DNA of 64,000 nt from contig JAAOMT010000714.1 of the NCBI GenBank assembly GCA_016748015.1, positions 62,001-126,000 on the forward strand, in the 5' to 3' direction. This document shows positions 38,101 to 50,277 of this stretch, piece after piece. Each line of letters opens with the position of its first letter. Positions within the stretch are counted from its first letter, which is position 1. The position numbers and the translations under genes were made by a program. The notes under the pieces were generated by a model. The model did not search any database, was not told the origin of the DNA, and saw nothing but the letters and a program-made list of their open reading frames with translations. The stretch comes from Geosiphon pyriformis uo1. Its lineage: Eukaryota > Fungi > Glomeromycota.

Positions 38101-41100
38101 CCAGTTATATTTGGAAAATTGCCACATGCAATATTAGGGGAATAAACAATCTTGCAAAACAGGAAGATATTATTCATTGACATAAAGAAATGAACAATAT
38201 GATTTCAATTGTTACTAAGACTAAGTTGAAAAATAGGATTCGCCCTTGGATTATGAACAAGTTTGTTGGCATTCAGATTTTTACTTCTGGTTTGAATTCT
38301 GGTCACATGGGTTCTGGGATTGCAATCATTATGAACAATTTTTTAGCTCAGCATGTATGTAAAGTTTTGGACATTCCTGGCCAGTTTCTTTCTATCAAGC
38401 TTTTCTTCAAAAATAAACTGTCTGTGTTAGTTTTGGGGCTGTATGCTGGATCATCTTTGGCAGTATGTTTCTTTCAGGCAGATGATATCAATTCTTTGAT
38501 TGCAAAGGCAGTAAATAAGTCTTTCTTTGTTATCTTGGGTGGGGATTTCAATGAAGATGGTTCTCACAAAAGTGCCAGCTTCAGAAAATATTTTGATTTG
38601 GGTTTGGTCAACTCTTTGAGTAGAAGCTTGTTTGGAAAGGAAGCTATGTGGGCCAATTCTCATAGAGTGACTAAAATTATTGATTATGTGTTTATGTCAT
38701 CGAGTTTAGTTAATGCAATTCTGGATTGTGATGTGTCTGGTGTTGAAGAGTATTTTGATACTGATCATAAGGCTGTTTCTGTTTCTGTGGGTCTTGGTGG
38801 TTTATTGGATGTGCAGTTGAACTCATTGTACAAACAAGCGAATAAAGATTGTTGGAAGTACAATTTTGTAGATGCTGGTAATGCTGAATAGATCAAGTTT
38901 AAAGAGGATATGTCGGCAAATGCTGCTATGTTCTATAATGAATTTTATGCTGCCAAGATGAGTTTGGACCTAGACACAATGTGGGGTCACTTTCACCAAG
39001 TGGTGTGTTTGTCGGCTGAGAATGTTTCCAAAAAAAAGTGGTTTAAAGATTTCGATAGTGTTTATAATAAAGTATCATCCAGATTTCACAAATTAAAACT
39101 TTTGGTGTCGAAGATTGTCAAAGCCTCTCATCTGGTCTCTCATGAGAAGTTTGTTTCTCTACTTAATACATGGAAAGAGATTAATCCTGCTAATGCTTTT
39201 GTTGTGGATTTTCTCTTTCTTTCGGGTTTCTATTTTGATACTATTCGTTCAGCTTTGGCCAAGATCAGAAAATCTTACTATTTATCTAAGTTGTCAAAAT
39301 CAAACCATGCCAAAGAATCTCAGATCAAGTTAGCGATTGACAAAAGAATGAAGAGTTTTGAGTTGAACAAAGGTCATACTGTATATAGTGTTTTGGAGTA
39401 ACTTTTCTGCAAAGTGGTTTTGGACCATTTGGTGGTGGGAGATAAGCTGGTGTTGGATTCTGCTCCAGTGAAGTCCAAGGTGGATGAGATTATGGAAGGT
39501 TGGACTAGAAAGTGAAGGGTGGTGCTCGATGTTAGTGATGAATGGTCTCACCAGTATTGTCCTCCAGGTTATGTTTTTGATGAAGCTTTTTCTGGTGTGA
39601 TTGATTTGATAGACTTTAATAAACTGTTTGGGATTGTTTCCAACCTGCCAGATGGCAAAGCTGCTGGCCTTTCAGGTATCTCAAATGAGCTTTGAAAACA
39701 TTGCGATATTTTGGTCCTTAATATGCTCTTGGTGCTTTTGAACTCTTGCTTATCTGAGGAATCTGTTCCTGGCCCCTGGAGAGAAGCTTGGGTTTCAATG
39801 ATTCCCAAATCATATGAATGGGAGAGTGTTCTTACAAATACTTATCCTATTGTACTGATTGAGATGGCTTGCAAGATTCTCTCCAAAATACTCTCAAACA
39901 GGATTTCTTCAGCATGTAGCACTTATAATGTCTTTCATGGTGACAATTTTTTGGTTTTGAAAGGTACAACAACACAGTCCCCCATTTTTGCAGTTGGTTC
40001 AATTATTGAGGATGCCCTGGAAAAAAACTGAGAACTTTGGCTGGTCTTGCAGGATATGAGGAAAGCATATGATTCGGTTGGCTGGGAGCATTTGGAGAAG
40101 TGTCTGGTCAGAATTAAAATGTGCAACAGATTCATTTGGTTTTTTGGCGGCATTCACAAAGGTCGCATTAATTGAGTCATAACAGATTTTGGTTTAACAG
40201 ATTGTTATCGGGTCCATGATGGTTTAAATTAAGGAAAGATCTTTTCCCCCCTTCTGTGGTGCATTTTTTATGATCCCCTTTTGTGCAAAGTCAAGCATCA
40301 GAAGAGTATGTGTGAGTACAGGCTAATTTCTCATTTCGTTTTCAAGAGTAGTTGTGTTGAGTCGCAGACTGGACTTTCTTTTTTTTTGCCACTAGCACCT
40401 TTGTTGATGATACAATTTGGATTGGCAGTAGTCAGAGTGCTACTCAACACATTTTGGATGTTGCTAGCAAGTTTTTCTAAATTAATGACATTTCAATAAA
40501 CAATAACAAAACTGTAGCTATTCCCATCAATTGTAGAGTTGGAAATCCAGCTCTTTTCATTAGTGGTTTACCTATCTTTATAGCCAAAAAAAGTGAATCC
40601 CATCGGTATCTGGGCATATTTCTGTTGACTGAGGGTCTTTCCAGACCTAGTTTAGCTAAAGCACATTTGGACATTTGTTTTTTTACAAATTTGGTTCTAA
40701 AAAAAACTATCTCAGATAAGCAGTTCTTATATTTGGTTTCAGTAGTTTTCCAGCTTATTATTAGCTACAGGACACAGTTTAGCTTTGTTCCTATCGGCAT
40801 TTGCAACAAGTGGGATGCTATGATTTGTAAGGGCCTGAAGCTCAAATCTGGACTTTCACTCGACTTTCCTAGTGATTCAATTCACCACCTCTCCTTTTAT
40901 GGTTTGAAATCTTTCCTGCAGATTCAGTCTGAAGACAAGGTTGCTTCTCTTATTAATTTTGCCAACTCTGGTGGGATTGTAGGACGTTTGTTCTCTTATA
41001 GGTCTCATGATCTGCAGGTTTTGTGTTGGCACCCTATTTATCCATTGAGTTCTCCTGTTCACATTCATATTAGTGCCTCTAATAATTTTTTGGTAGGTGT

Positions 41101-42784
41101 GGTTTGTGTGCTTTATAATTGCAAATTGTCTCTGAGTGGATCCTTTGCCAATTCCTTTCATGTTAATAGTGGAATGCCCATGTCAACTGTTTTGGATGAA
41201 TCAGTTTTCTCCAGGTGTCTCCCCTCACTTCAGCAGTATGGTGTGGCCTTTGCAGACCAAATTTGTGATCATTATAGTACAGTCTTTGATTGGTCCATAT
41301 TTAAGTGATGGAAGAAACTGGACTTCTGTGGCCCTATTCCTGAGTGGTTCAGGCTTTCTGCTATGTTTCTTGCTGGTGAGGACTCCTTTTCTGTTCGCAT
41401 CTCAGTTCTTGCTGATATGAGTTCTTTGGACATTTTGGGTTCTTCTGGCTTTGGGTCTATCTGTAATCGTTTTTCACGGGTTGATGCAAGGATGTTGTCT
41501 GTCTATACTGATGGATTATTGAGAAATTTGGGTACAGTTGGCTGTAAAGCAGGTGCTGCAGCTTTTTTCGAGAACATTGGTATGGGTTTGGGTGTTGGTG
41601 TGTCTGGCTTGATGTCATCTACCATGGCTGAGTTACAGGCAATTGCGTTGGCTCTCGAGTGTGTTTCTGTTTTTAGTAATGTCCATTTGTTTTTGGATAT
41701 TCAGTCTGCTTTGGATGCTTACAAATTAGAATTGGGTATGGTGGCTCCTGATTTCTGGAATTGATGTTGAATTGAGTGTCAGCACATTGCCAACATCATT
41801 TCCAGTAAGGTCCTAAATGTTGCTTGGCACAAAGTCAAAGGTCATTCTGGGGTTTTGGGAAACGAGTATGCTGATGTGATTGCTGGTGCTAATTCTGTTT
41901 CTGACTGGTTTTTTCCTCCTCGCCTGGACAAACACTTTTTAATGGCTGATGGCAACATTGTCTCTGGCAATTCAAGGCACTTTGTCTGTAACACTTTTCA
42001 TGTCATGTGTTATGCACATTGGGAAGTAGGGTCTGGTTCTAAGTTTTTGCCTGACAACTTGTAAGCTGATGTTGATTGGTTTCGCTCATCTTTGGTGTGG
42101 CATCCTGATTTGCATATGACCACTGGTTTTATTAGCAGGATTTCGGCTAATGCACACTCTTATTTTATGAAGGCTTTGCATCATCAGTTGTCTGTGGCTG
42201 TTTGAAAATGGCTTTATAATAGACTTTATCCCAGTGTGTTGTGTTTATATTGTGGTAACGTGAAGGTGTCAGATCATGTTTTTTCTTGTGAGGTCAATGA
42301 TTCTGCTTGGCGTCAGTTGTTGGATTCTCACATGAACACTTGGAAAACACTTTCTGGTTCTTCTGTCTCTTCTTCATGTTTGTTGCAGTTGTTGTCATCT
42401 TGTGTTTCAGGTTCCTCAGTGTTCATGGCTTTTCATAAGGGTTTTGTTTTTAATAATTGGTTTTGTGAAGCTGTTTCCGTCTTCCATAGTCCCAAGATGG
42501 CATGTTTGAAGATTGTTAATTTCGTATGTTCTCTTGGCCTTGCTTTTAGAGATGAGATATGATTGGTTTGTGTCAAACATCGTGCCTATATGGAAAAGCA
42601 CAGACTGATTTCTTTAGATAGCTCATCTCCTACTTCGGTCTCTGGTTTGACTTTGCATCTTTTTGCTGGTGTGATTGATTTGCTTGGTATCAATGAAGCT
42701 TTTGGTGTGCATTTTGGTTTTCACAAGTCTTGCATGTTTTTCTCCAGCATTGGTAATTCGGTTTCTGTCTATATTGCTGTGTAG
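38097..42784 (+). pseudogene. LINE B ORF2: APE, RT, RNase H, CCHC
   Basis: WKIATCNIRG, GGDFN, DTDH, LQDMRKAYDSVGW, FVDD, YLGI, VYTDG, KVKGHSG, CLYCGNVKVSDHVFSC. Confidence 0.93.
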
Positions 42785-42969
42785 TGTTGTTCTGACTGGC
42801 CCGAGTGGCTGGTCATGTGTAAAAAATGCATGATTCACGTCTAGTTTAGATCATTTCTTTGATGTATAGTGCTAGGTTGTGTGTGGACCTCACTTGTTAA
42901 ATTTAAAAAAAAAAAAAAAAAAAATAGTATTAGTGACAAGATAATTTTTACTGAAGTTTTAAGTAATTA

Positions 42970-43225
42970 NNNNNNNNNNNNNNNNNNNNNNNNNNNNNNN
43001 NNNNNNNNNNNNNNNNNNNNNNNNNNNNNNNNNNNNNNNNNNNNNNNNNNNNNNNNNNNNNNNNNNNNNNNNNNNNNNNNNNNNNNNNNNNNNNNNNNNN
43101 NNNNNNNNNNNNNNNNNNNNNNNNNNNNNNNNNNNNNNNNNNNNNNNNNNNNNNNNNNNNNNNNNNNNNNNNNNNNNNNNNNNNNNNNNNNNNNNNNNNN
43201 NNNNNNNNNNNNNNNNNNNNNNNNN
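42970..43225. other. Assembly gap (N run)
   Basis: About 256 N. Confidence 0.99.
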
Positions 43226-46200
43226 GGTGTGAAAATTTTGGTAAATACTAATCTCAAAAAATTAGCAATATATTTAGATTGAACTGTAGTATTAAAAAAA
43301 ATTTCAGTTAAAATATTGGCTAAAACAATATATATTGTACTTTTTAAATTTGGTATCATTAAATCAATTAAAATACAATTGATAAAACTGATAAAAGACT
43401 ATAATCGAATTTGATCAATTAAATTACACTAATCTGACCATAAAAAAGTGATTTATTCTAATTAAAAAAGATGCTATATATGTTATTAAAACTAATATAG
43501 ACAAAAAAACATGAAATGTAAGAGATTGTAATAGAATACTGCTCTATATACTGTTAATAAAAACAAATGTTTATGATATTTAAAACTTTATTGAATTTAT
43601 GGATAAGAAAATGTGTATAATAAATTCTTATCCAATTACATATAGTTAAGCCAGATGTGCTGTAATTTGTTTTAATTCTGCTAAGTTATTAAATACTATT
43701 ATAAAAACTACATTAATTTTAAGAGATGTCAATTTGCACTGGTTTTATTTAAGTTCTATTAAGTATGCAAAGTATGAGAATTTAAATCATATATTTTTAA
43801 GCTGTACTATAAGTGAAAAAAATTTTTCTAGTGGTTTACTTTATAGAATTTTGTTAAATAAAGATAAAAACAAATTAGTTATTATCTATGCCAAATATTT
43901 AATACTTATTACACATTCTGTGTCTTTTAATAATGTTTTTTGAACCAAAATTGTTGACAAATTCTTTTTTCTCTTCTTTTCTATGCAAAATAATTCAGTA
44001 AATTATAGCTTTTTATTGAAGGTAAAATCTTTTTTGTTTATATTTGAAGATAAAATAATTAATTTATTAATTATAGTTATAGGCCTGCTGGTCAAGATAA
44101 ATAATAAAAGTTTGGGTTTAATTATTTTTTCTAACAATGACTGATTTGATCTAAAAAATTGCTATGTGTAATATTAAAGGTGTTAATATTTTTATTAAGT
44201 AAAAAAATATTATTTATTGACATATGAATTTGGATAACATAATTTTTATTATTATAGAAACCAAATTAAGGTCTAACATTAAGCCATAGATTATGAATAA
44301 GTTCAATAAAGTCTGTATTTTTATTTTTGGTTTAAATATGAGTTTTTGTGGTACAAAAGTGAGCATAATTATGAACAGTTCTCTGGCTCAGCATGTTTTA
44401 AAGATTGATAAAATTTCAAGTTAACTGATTTTAATTTATTTTCTGTTTAAAAACAAGCTTTCAGTAATAATTTTGGGTTTGTATGCTGGTGTTTTTTTAA
44501 TTTTAGATTTGAACAAACTCTGAAAATCAATATTTTTATTGTCAAAATAGTTAATTCCAGCATTTTTGTTATTTTGAATAAAGATTTTAATGAAAATAGA
44601 TTTAAAAAAAGTGCAAATTTCAGAAAATGCTCAGATATAAAACTGGTTAATTTATTTATTGGACATTTTTTAGTCAAAGTTTCTACTTAAAGCAACTTTA
44701 ATAGAGCTAAAAAAGTTATTAACTATATTTTTGTTAGTAATAATTTGTTATTAACAGTTGCAAATTATAAGATTAGCTGTGTATTTGAATTTTTTAATAC
44801 TAATTACAAAGCAGTTATGGTTTTAATTAGTTTAAAAAGTCTCTTGAATGTTTATTTAAATATTATTTATAAGCAAATGAATAAAACTCAATTGAAGTTC
44901 AAGATTAGAAATGCTTATAGTGTTAAGTAAAATAGTTTTTACAACAATTTTTTTACTAATTTTTTTTTAATAAAAAATAAATTTGAAAGAGTAAATGTGA
45001 AAAATAATTTAAATATAATGTAGAAATTCTTAAGAGATGTAATAATAGAATTAGCTAACAAAACATTTTTTAAATATTAGTATAGTAAAGTCAAATGTTT
45101 TTTAACAAACAGTTATCAAAATTTTTCAAATTGAAATTGTTGGTTGCTAAGATAATAAAATTTCTTAGATTTAATAATATATCTAAAACTAAATATTTTC
45201 TCTATATTTGATTGGTTGCTAATAAAAATAAAGCTTTAAAAGTGCAAATTATGGTTCAAAATAATGCCAAATTAGTAAATATTTTTAGTTGTTTGTTTAA
45301 AATAAGAAAAATTTATTGCAAGTTCAAAATATACAAGTCCAAAACAGCAGAAGTAATTATTATTAAAGATGTAATTAAAAAGAAAATGGAAAGTTTTTGT
45401 TTAAATAAAAACCACATAATTAAGAATATTTTAGAAAAAATTTTTTGCAAAATAGTATTGGATTATTTAATAATTAATAAGAAACTAATTTTGGAACTAT
45501 TAATTGTTAAAGCCAAAGTTAATGCTATCATAAAAAGTTGAATCAAAAAATGAGCAGTTTTAAGATTTGTGTCTGAAATTTGGGCTAATTAGTATGTTTT
45601 TTTGAACTATATAAACAATAGTGTATTTTGAAACATTATGAAAATTATTGTTTTAAGGAATTGGTTTATGTGATCATAAATTTGCCAGATAAAAAAACTG
45701 CTAGTCTAAGTGACATCTCTAATAAATTGTAAGAAAATTGTAGTAATAATATCTTCAAATGTCTTTTAAGTTTTCTAAACTTGTGTTTAACTCTAAGTGT
45801 AGTTTCAATTCAATAGAAAAAAATGTTGGGTTTTAATAATACCTAAGTCTTATAAATAAAATAAAATTTTAATGAATACTTGATCTATTACTCTGATTAA
45901 AATGGCCAGAAATTTTTTTTTAAGATTTTCTTAAATCAAATTTCATTTGCTTACAGCAAATTTAATGTTTTTTGTGAGAATAACTTTTCTGTTTTAAAAA
46001 GTATTTTAACATAATTATTTATTTTTACTGTTGGCTCAATGGTAAAAGATGCTCTAAAAAAAAATAAAAAAATATGACTGATTTTACAAAACATGTACAA
46101 AATATATGATTTTGTTAATTGTCATTAATTAAAAACTAGTTTATAATATATTAAAATATGTAAAAAGTTTATTAGTTTTTTTAGCAATATTTATGAAAAC

Positions 46201-48784
46201 AAGATAAACAAAAGTATAACAAACTTTGGGCTAACAGATAGATATCAAGTATATAATAGACTGAATTAAAATAAAATATTTTTTTCTCTTTTCGGAATGA
46301 TTTTTTATGATTTTTTTTTATGTAAAATCAAAAAGCATAAAAATTTGTGTAAATATTAAATTAATACCAAGTTTGTAATCAAAACAGACAAAATAAAAGC
46401 CATAAGAAGAAAAACTTTTTTTTTGTGACTAATACATTTATTAATAATATTATCTGAATTGAAAATAGCCAAGCTTCTATACAGTATATTTTGAATATTG
46501 TTAATAAATTTTTTCTTTTAATAATATTGAAATCAACAATAACAAGACAATAGTTATTTCTATTAACCAAAAAGTTAAGAAAGCTTCTTTAAAAATTAGT
46601 GAGTTATCTATTTTAATTGCCAAAAGCAGTATGTTATACAGATATTTAAGTATTTTTTTATTAACAAAAAATTTATTCAAGTCTAATTTGGCCAAGATTT
46701 GGTTTAATATCAGGTTTTTTTTAAATTTGGTATTGAAAAAAGCTATTACAAATAAACAATTCTTTTATTTGGTTTTGGCTGTTTTATAGTTTATAGTTAA
46801 ATATTAGTTATAATTTAGTTTTGTGTTTTTTGAGATTTGCTGTTAATAAAATGTTTTGATTAGAAGAAGTTTTAAGCTAAAGCTGATTTGTTATGTAATT
46901 TTTCTAATGAAACACTATATTATCTTTTATTATATAATTTAAAGTTATTCTAACAAGTCTAAGCTAAAAAAAAAGTTATTTTAGTTGTTGCTTTTGTAAA
47001 TACTACAGGTATTCTTGGTTGGTTTTTTGATTACTGGTTTTTGAATTTACAAATTTTGGGCTGGACCTCTTTAAATCTCTTATAGTATTTAGCTAGATTA
47101 CAAGTTAGCTTTTTTAATAATTTTTTGGCTAAAGTGAGGTGTATTTTTTTAGATAATAGTTTCTTATTGACAAATAATTTACCTTGTGTATTTTTCAGTC
47201 CTGACAAGTTTTTTATATTAAGTATTTTAAAAACTTCTTTGTACTTTGACAAAATAGCTTTTCTGAAGAGATTTGGTGTGACTTTTTGTAACAAATTTTT
47301 AAATAAACATGATAAAGTCATGAATTAAAAAACATTTTATCACTGGAAAAAGTTGAATTCCAAAGAGCCTATGTTTTCTTGGTTTATTCTGACATTAAAC
47401 TTTCTGCACAATATTAGTTTTATATCTGTCTCTTCTAATATAGTTTTTAATACAAAAAGTAATAGTATTTTATTAACAGATTAGTTTTTAATTTTAAAAA
47501 AACATATTCATAAGATTTGGTTAAATACAATCAATATTTATATAGATAAGTTTTTGATAAGTTTAGATTCTTTTACTATAACTGATAGAATTGCTGTGTA
47601 TTTTTCTAAAGTGAACTTGAATGTTGGTATTAAGATTTATAAGTTGTTGTTATTAATAATGAGTGAATTACAAACTATTGTTTTGGTTTTAGAATATATG
47701 TACTTCTTTTGTACTGTGATTATATACTTAGACAATTAAGCTGTCTTGAATATATGTGTTTTAAAATTGAAGTTATTAGGTTCTGATTTTCAAAACTGCT
47801 GTTGGATAAAAAAAAACATATTGTTAACTTGTTAAGAACAAAGAACTTTTAGTGGTTTGGTCAAAAGTTAAAAAACATTTAAGTGTTTTGAATAATGTTT
47901 ATATGAATATTTTAGCAAACAGTACTGTCTGTTTCTCTTTAGTGCTGGCCAATAATATGTATAAATGTTTTGTTATGGCCAATGGTTTAAAAATATCTGA
48001 TAATATTTATTATTTTATTTAAAATATATATAAATTAGTAAGTTGTGCTTGCTAAAAAACTGGATCTAATTTCAAAATATTAGAAAATTTTTTGGTTTAG
48101 AATATTAATTAGATCCAGACTATTGTAATTTAACATCTAAATTCACACATACTGTCAAATTTCACAAGTAAGACTTCAACTAATTTGTGCATATATTTTA
48201 TAAAGACAATTTACAGAAGGCTGTTTATTGTAATCAGAAAAAAACTTCATAACAAAAAATATTCAGGTGTTTTGTGTTTGTATTATAAAGAGGTTAAATT
48301 TTTTGATTATGTATTTACTTGTTTTAAGAAGACTGAGTTCTAAAAAAAAGATTTTGCTTAACCAAATTAAAATTTGTAAATTATTAATAAAGCTTTATAC
48401 TTTGTTGTCTTCTATAATTGTAAAATCTTTTTTGTTATGTTTATTAGATATAGAACTGTATATTTTTTTATAAGAGCTTTATGCTTAATGATTGATACTA
48501 TAAAGTTTTACAAATGTTCAAAAATTGTAAAAAAACTGTTCAGATTTTAATTAATTTGTGTACAATTTGGGTAAACAATTTTGTTTTAAGTTATAGAAGT
48601 TCAAGTCTAAATACAGAACAAATATAAAAAAATATGGTTTAATTAATAATTTTAAGATAGTATCTGATGGGTTTTATACTATAAAATCAAATTTATTAGA
48701 TAAAACAATTAGATTGATTGGTATTAATAAGTTATTTGAAATTAGCTTTGGTTTTTATAAGCTTTGTTTGTTTTTTTTGGATTT

Positions 48785-49540
48785 TTTTTTTTTTTTTATA
48801 TTTTAACGAGTGAGACCCAAATACCACCTAAACTATGATACCACAGAAGGGATTACATTATAGGCATAAATCATGCGTTTTCTACATGTGATCAGACACT
48901 CGGCCCAATCAAGGACTCACTACGTTGAATCAAAAGTAGGTGGAAATAATCCCAACCCATGAATTCTCTCAATGATATCATTCAAATTCCTAGAGTCAAA
49001 AATAAACTCACTAAGAAACAATCTAGTAGACTCAATATTGCCTCTGGTTTCAGCACCAGACATACGCCACAAAGCAATAACACGCTCAATAGTGTCTTCA
49101 CTTAAAAAAAAAGGCTTAGCAGCCAACATATCATCATAGTTCATATCACCAAAGTCAACCTCAGATCTAAGACAAGCAATGTCCTTGGAAACCCCAACCA
49201 AGAGATTAGAAAAATTGTTAGCAGCACTCTTTATAGAAATGAGATTCTTCTCGACCTGAACAGCCTTAGCAGCATTATCATTAAGAAGACGAGACACCAA
49301 AGCAACCAAAGAACCAACAAGCTCAACAATAGACTTAACCAGAGCAGTCAAATCCGAAATCTGCTTTTCCAAAAAGTCCAATCTAGAACCAACAGCAGGA
49401 TCAACAACAGAAGCAGCCAAAAAAGCCACCAAAGGAAGAAGCTCAGAAAAACCAGAAGGAGCAGCAGTCTTGGCATATAAAGCAAAACCCACAAAACGAG
49501 ACTTGAAAACCTTGGGAATCTTGAGAGTGGGGAGTGGGGA
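48785..49540 (-). mobile_element. ORF1-only non-autonomous LINE derivative (HAL1-like), 5'-truncated, with poly(A) and TSD GGATTT
   Basis: Open frame 49540->48920, followed directly by a LINE-type 3' UTR and poly(A). TSD at 48779-48784 and 49541-49546; excision restores the LINE C ORF2 end. Confidence 0.85.
48920..49540 (-). CDS. C-terminal ~200 aa of an ORF1-like coiled-coil protein (5'-truncated, uninterrupted)
   Basis: PKVFKSRFVGFALYAK (cf. FGGKSWAQ) and SRLDFLEKQISDLTALVKSI (cf. GRLAVLECFMEILADQVSLI of LINE D ORF1). Confidence 0.65.
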   Translation of the reverse strand, partial: SPLPTLKIPKVFKSRFVGFALYAKTAAPSGFSELLPLVAFLAASVVDPAVGSRLDFLEKQISDLTALVKSIVELVGSLVALVSRLLNDNAAKAVQVEKNLISIKSAANNFSNLLVGVSKDIACLRSEVDFGDMNYDDMLAAKPFFLSEDTIERVIALWRMSGAETRGNIESTRLFLSEFIFDSRNLNDIIERIHGLGLFPPTFDST

Positions 49541-49713
49541 GGATTTAAGTAAAGAGATTACTGTTCATATAAGAATTTAATATTGTTTTAATTGATCTAA
49601 GTAACTAGTTATATGTAATAAAAATGTAAATTATATTTAGTTAAAATTTTTAGTTTTAATTCTATATATTATAGAGTAATTGAATTGTATTCATAAAATA
49701 TTAATAAAAAAAA

Positions 49714-50136
49714 ATAATTATTTATATATACCAAAATTTTTATATATATAAACAAAATTTGTTTTAATATTTATATTAATTATATATTTAAAACATAATT
49801 TAATAATTTAATTTTTTTATATTTTATATATGTAAAAATTAAAATATTTAATATTATATATCTTTTTTATATTATAATAAACAATTTGTAATACAAAAAT
49901 TTATTATTTTTATATATAAATTTAAATATTACATGAATATTATTTTGTTTTAGTTTATAATATTAATTAATTTTTTATTTAAATTTATTTTTGAGTTTTA
50001 TTTTTTATTAAATACATTTAATAATATTATAACAAAATTAAATTTTTAAAAATTTATTTTATTATATTATAAATTAATAATTTTAAGATTAATTAATTTT
50101 TATAAAAAATTCAAATAAATTGATTTTTAATATTAT
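49714..50136. other. Near-pure AT tract, probably an end-stage mutated repeat
   Basis: Almost no C or G; no recoverable motif. Confidence 0.5.
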
Positions 50137-50277
50137 AAATGTTTTAAAAAAACTCTTTCTTTCGTTGATCCCCTAGTCACAATGAGAGCTTTGAGTCGTC
50201 ACTGAAATAGCCTTCTTTTTTCCTTTCTCCTTCACCTTTCTTCAGTTATTTCTTCAGAAATTCCCCTTTTTGTGGCT

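Larger units (their letters stand above)
36098..42920 (+). mobile_element. Full-length LINE 'B' with poly(A) and 10-bp TSD aaaatagtat
   Basis: TSD at 36088-36097 and 42921-42930; poly(A) 42905-42924. Confidence 0.93.
35917..49713 (+). mobile_element. Old near-complete LINE 'C', interrupted by LINE B (36098-42920), the N gap and the ORF1-only element (48785-49540)
   Basis: ORF1 reads through the LINE B TSD (TLEN|SISDK). ATGA junction at 44137; decayed APE, RT and RH over 44137-48784. Last codons (DLSKEITVHIRI*), 3' UTR and poly(A) at 49541-49713. Confidence 0.85.

Noticed and set aside
28015-42920. Giant TIR transposon or mis-assembled inverted duplication
   Set aside because: Each arm is a LINE with its own poly(A), distinct TSD and different 5' end, and the arms are ~10% diverged.
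42869-43359. ORFs 42869-43282 and 42967-43359
   Set aside because: Artefacts of translating through the N gap and poly(A).
48920-49492. 190-aa ORF as a host gene or processed pseudogene of a host mRNA
   Set aside because: The frame is open upstream to a truncation point, it resembles the ORF1 C-terminus, it carries the LINE tail, and a second decayed copy has a zinc knuckle.
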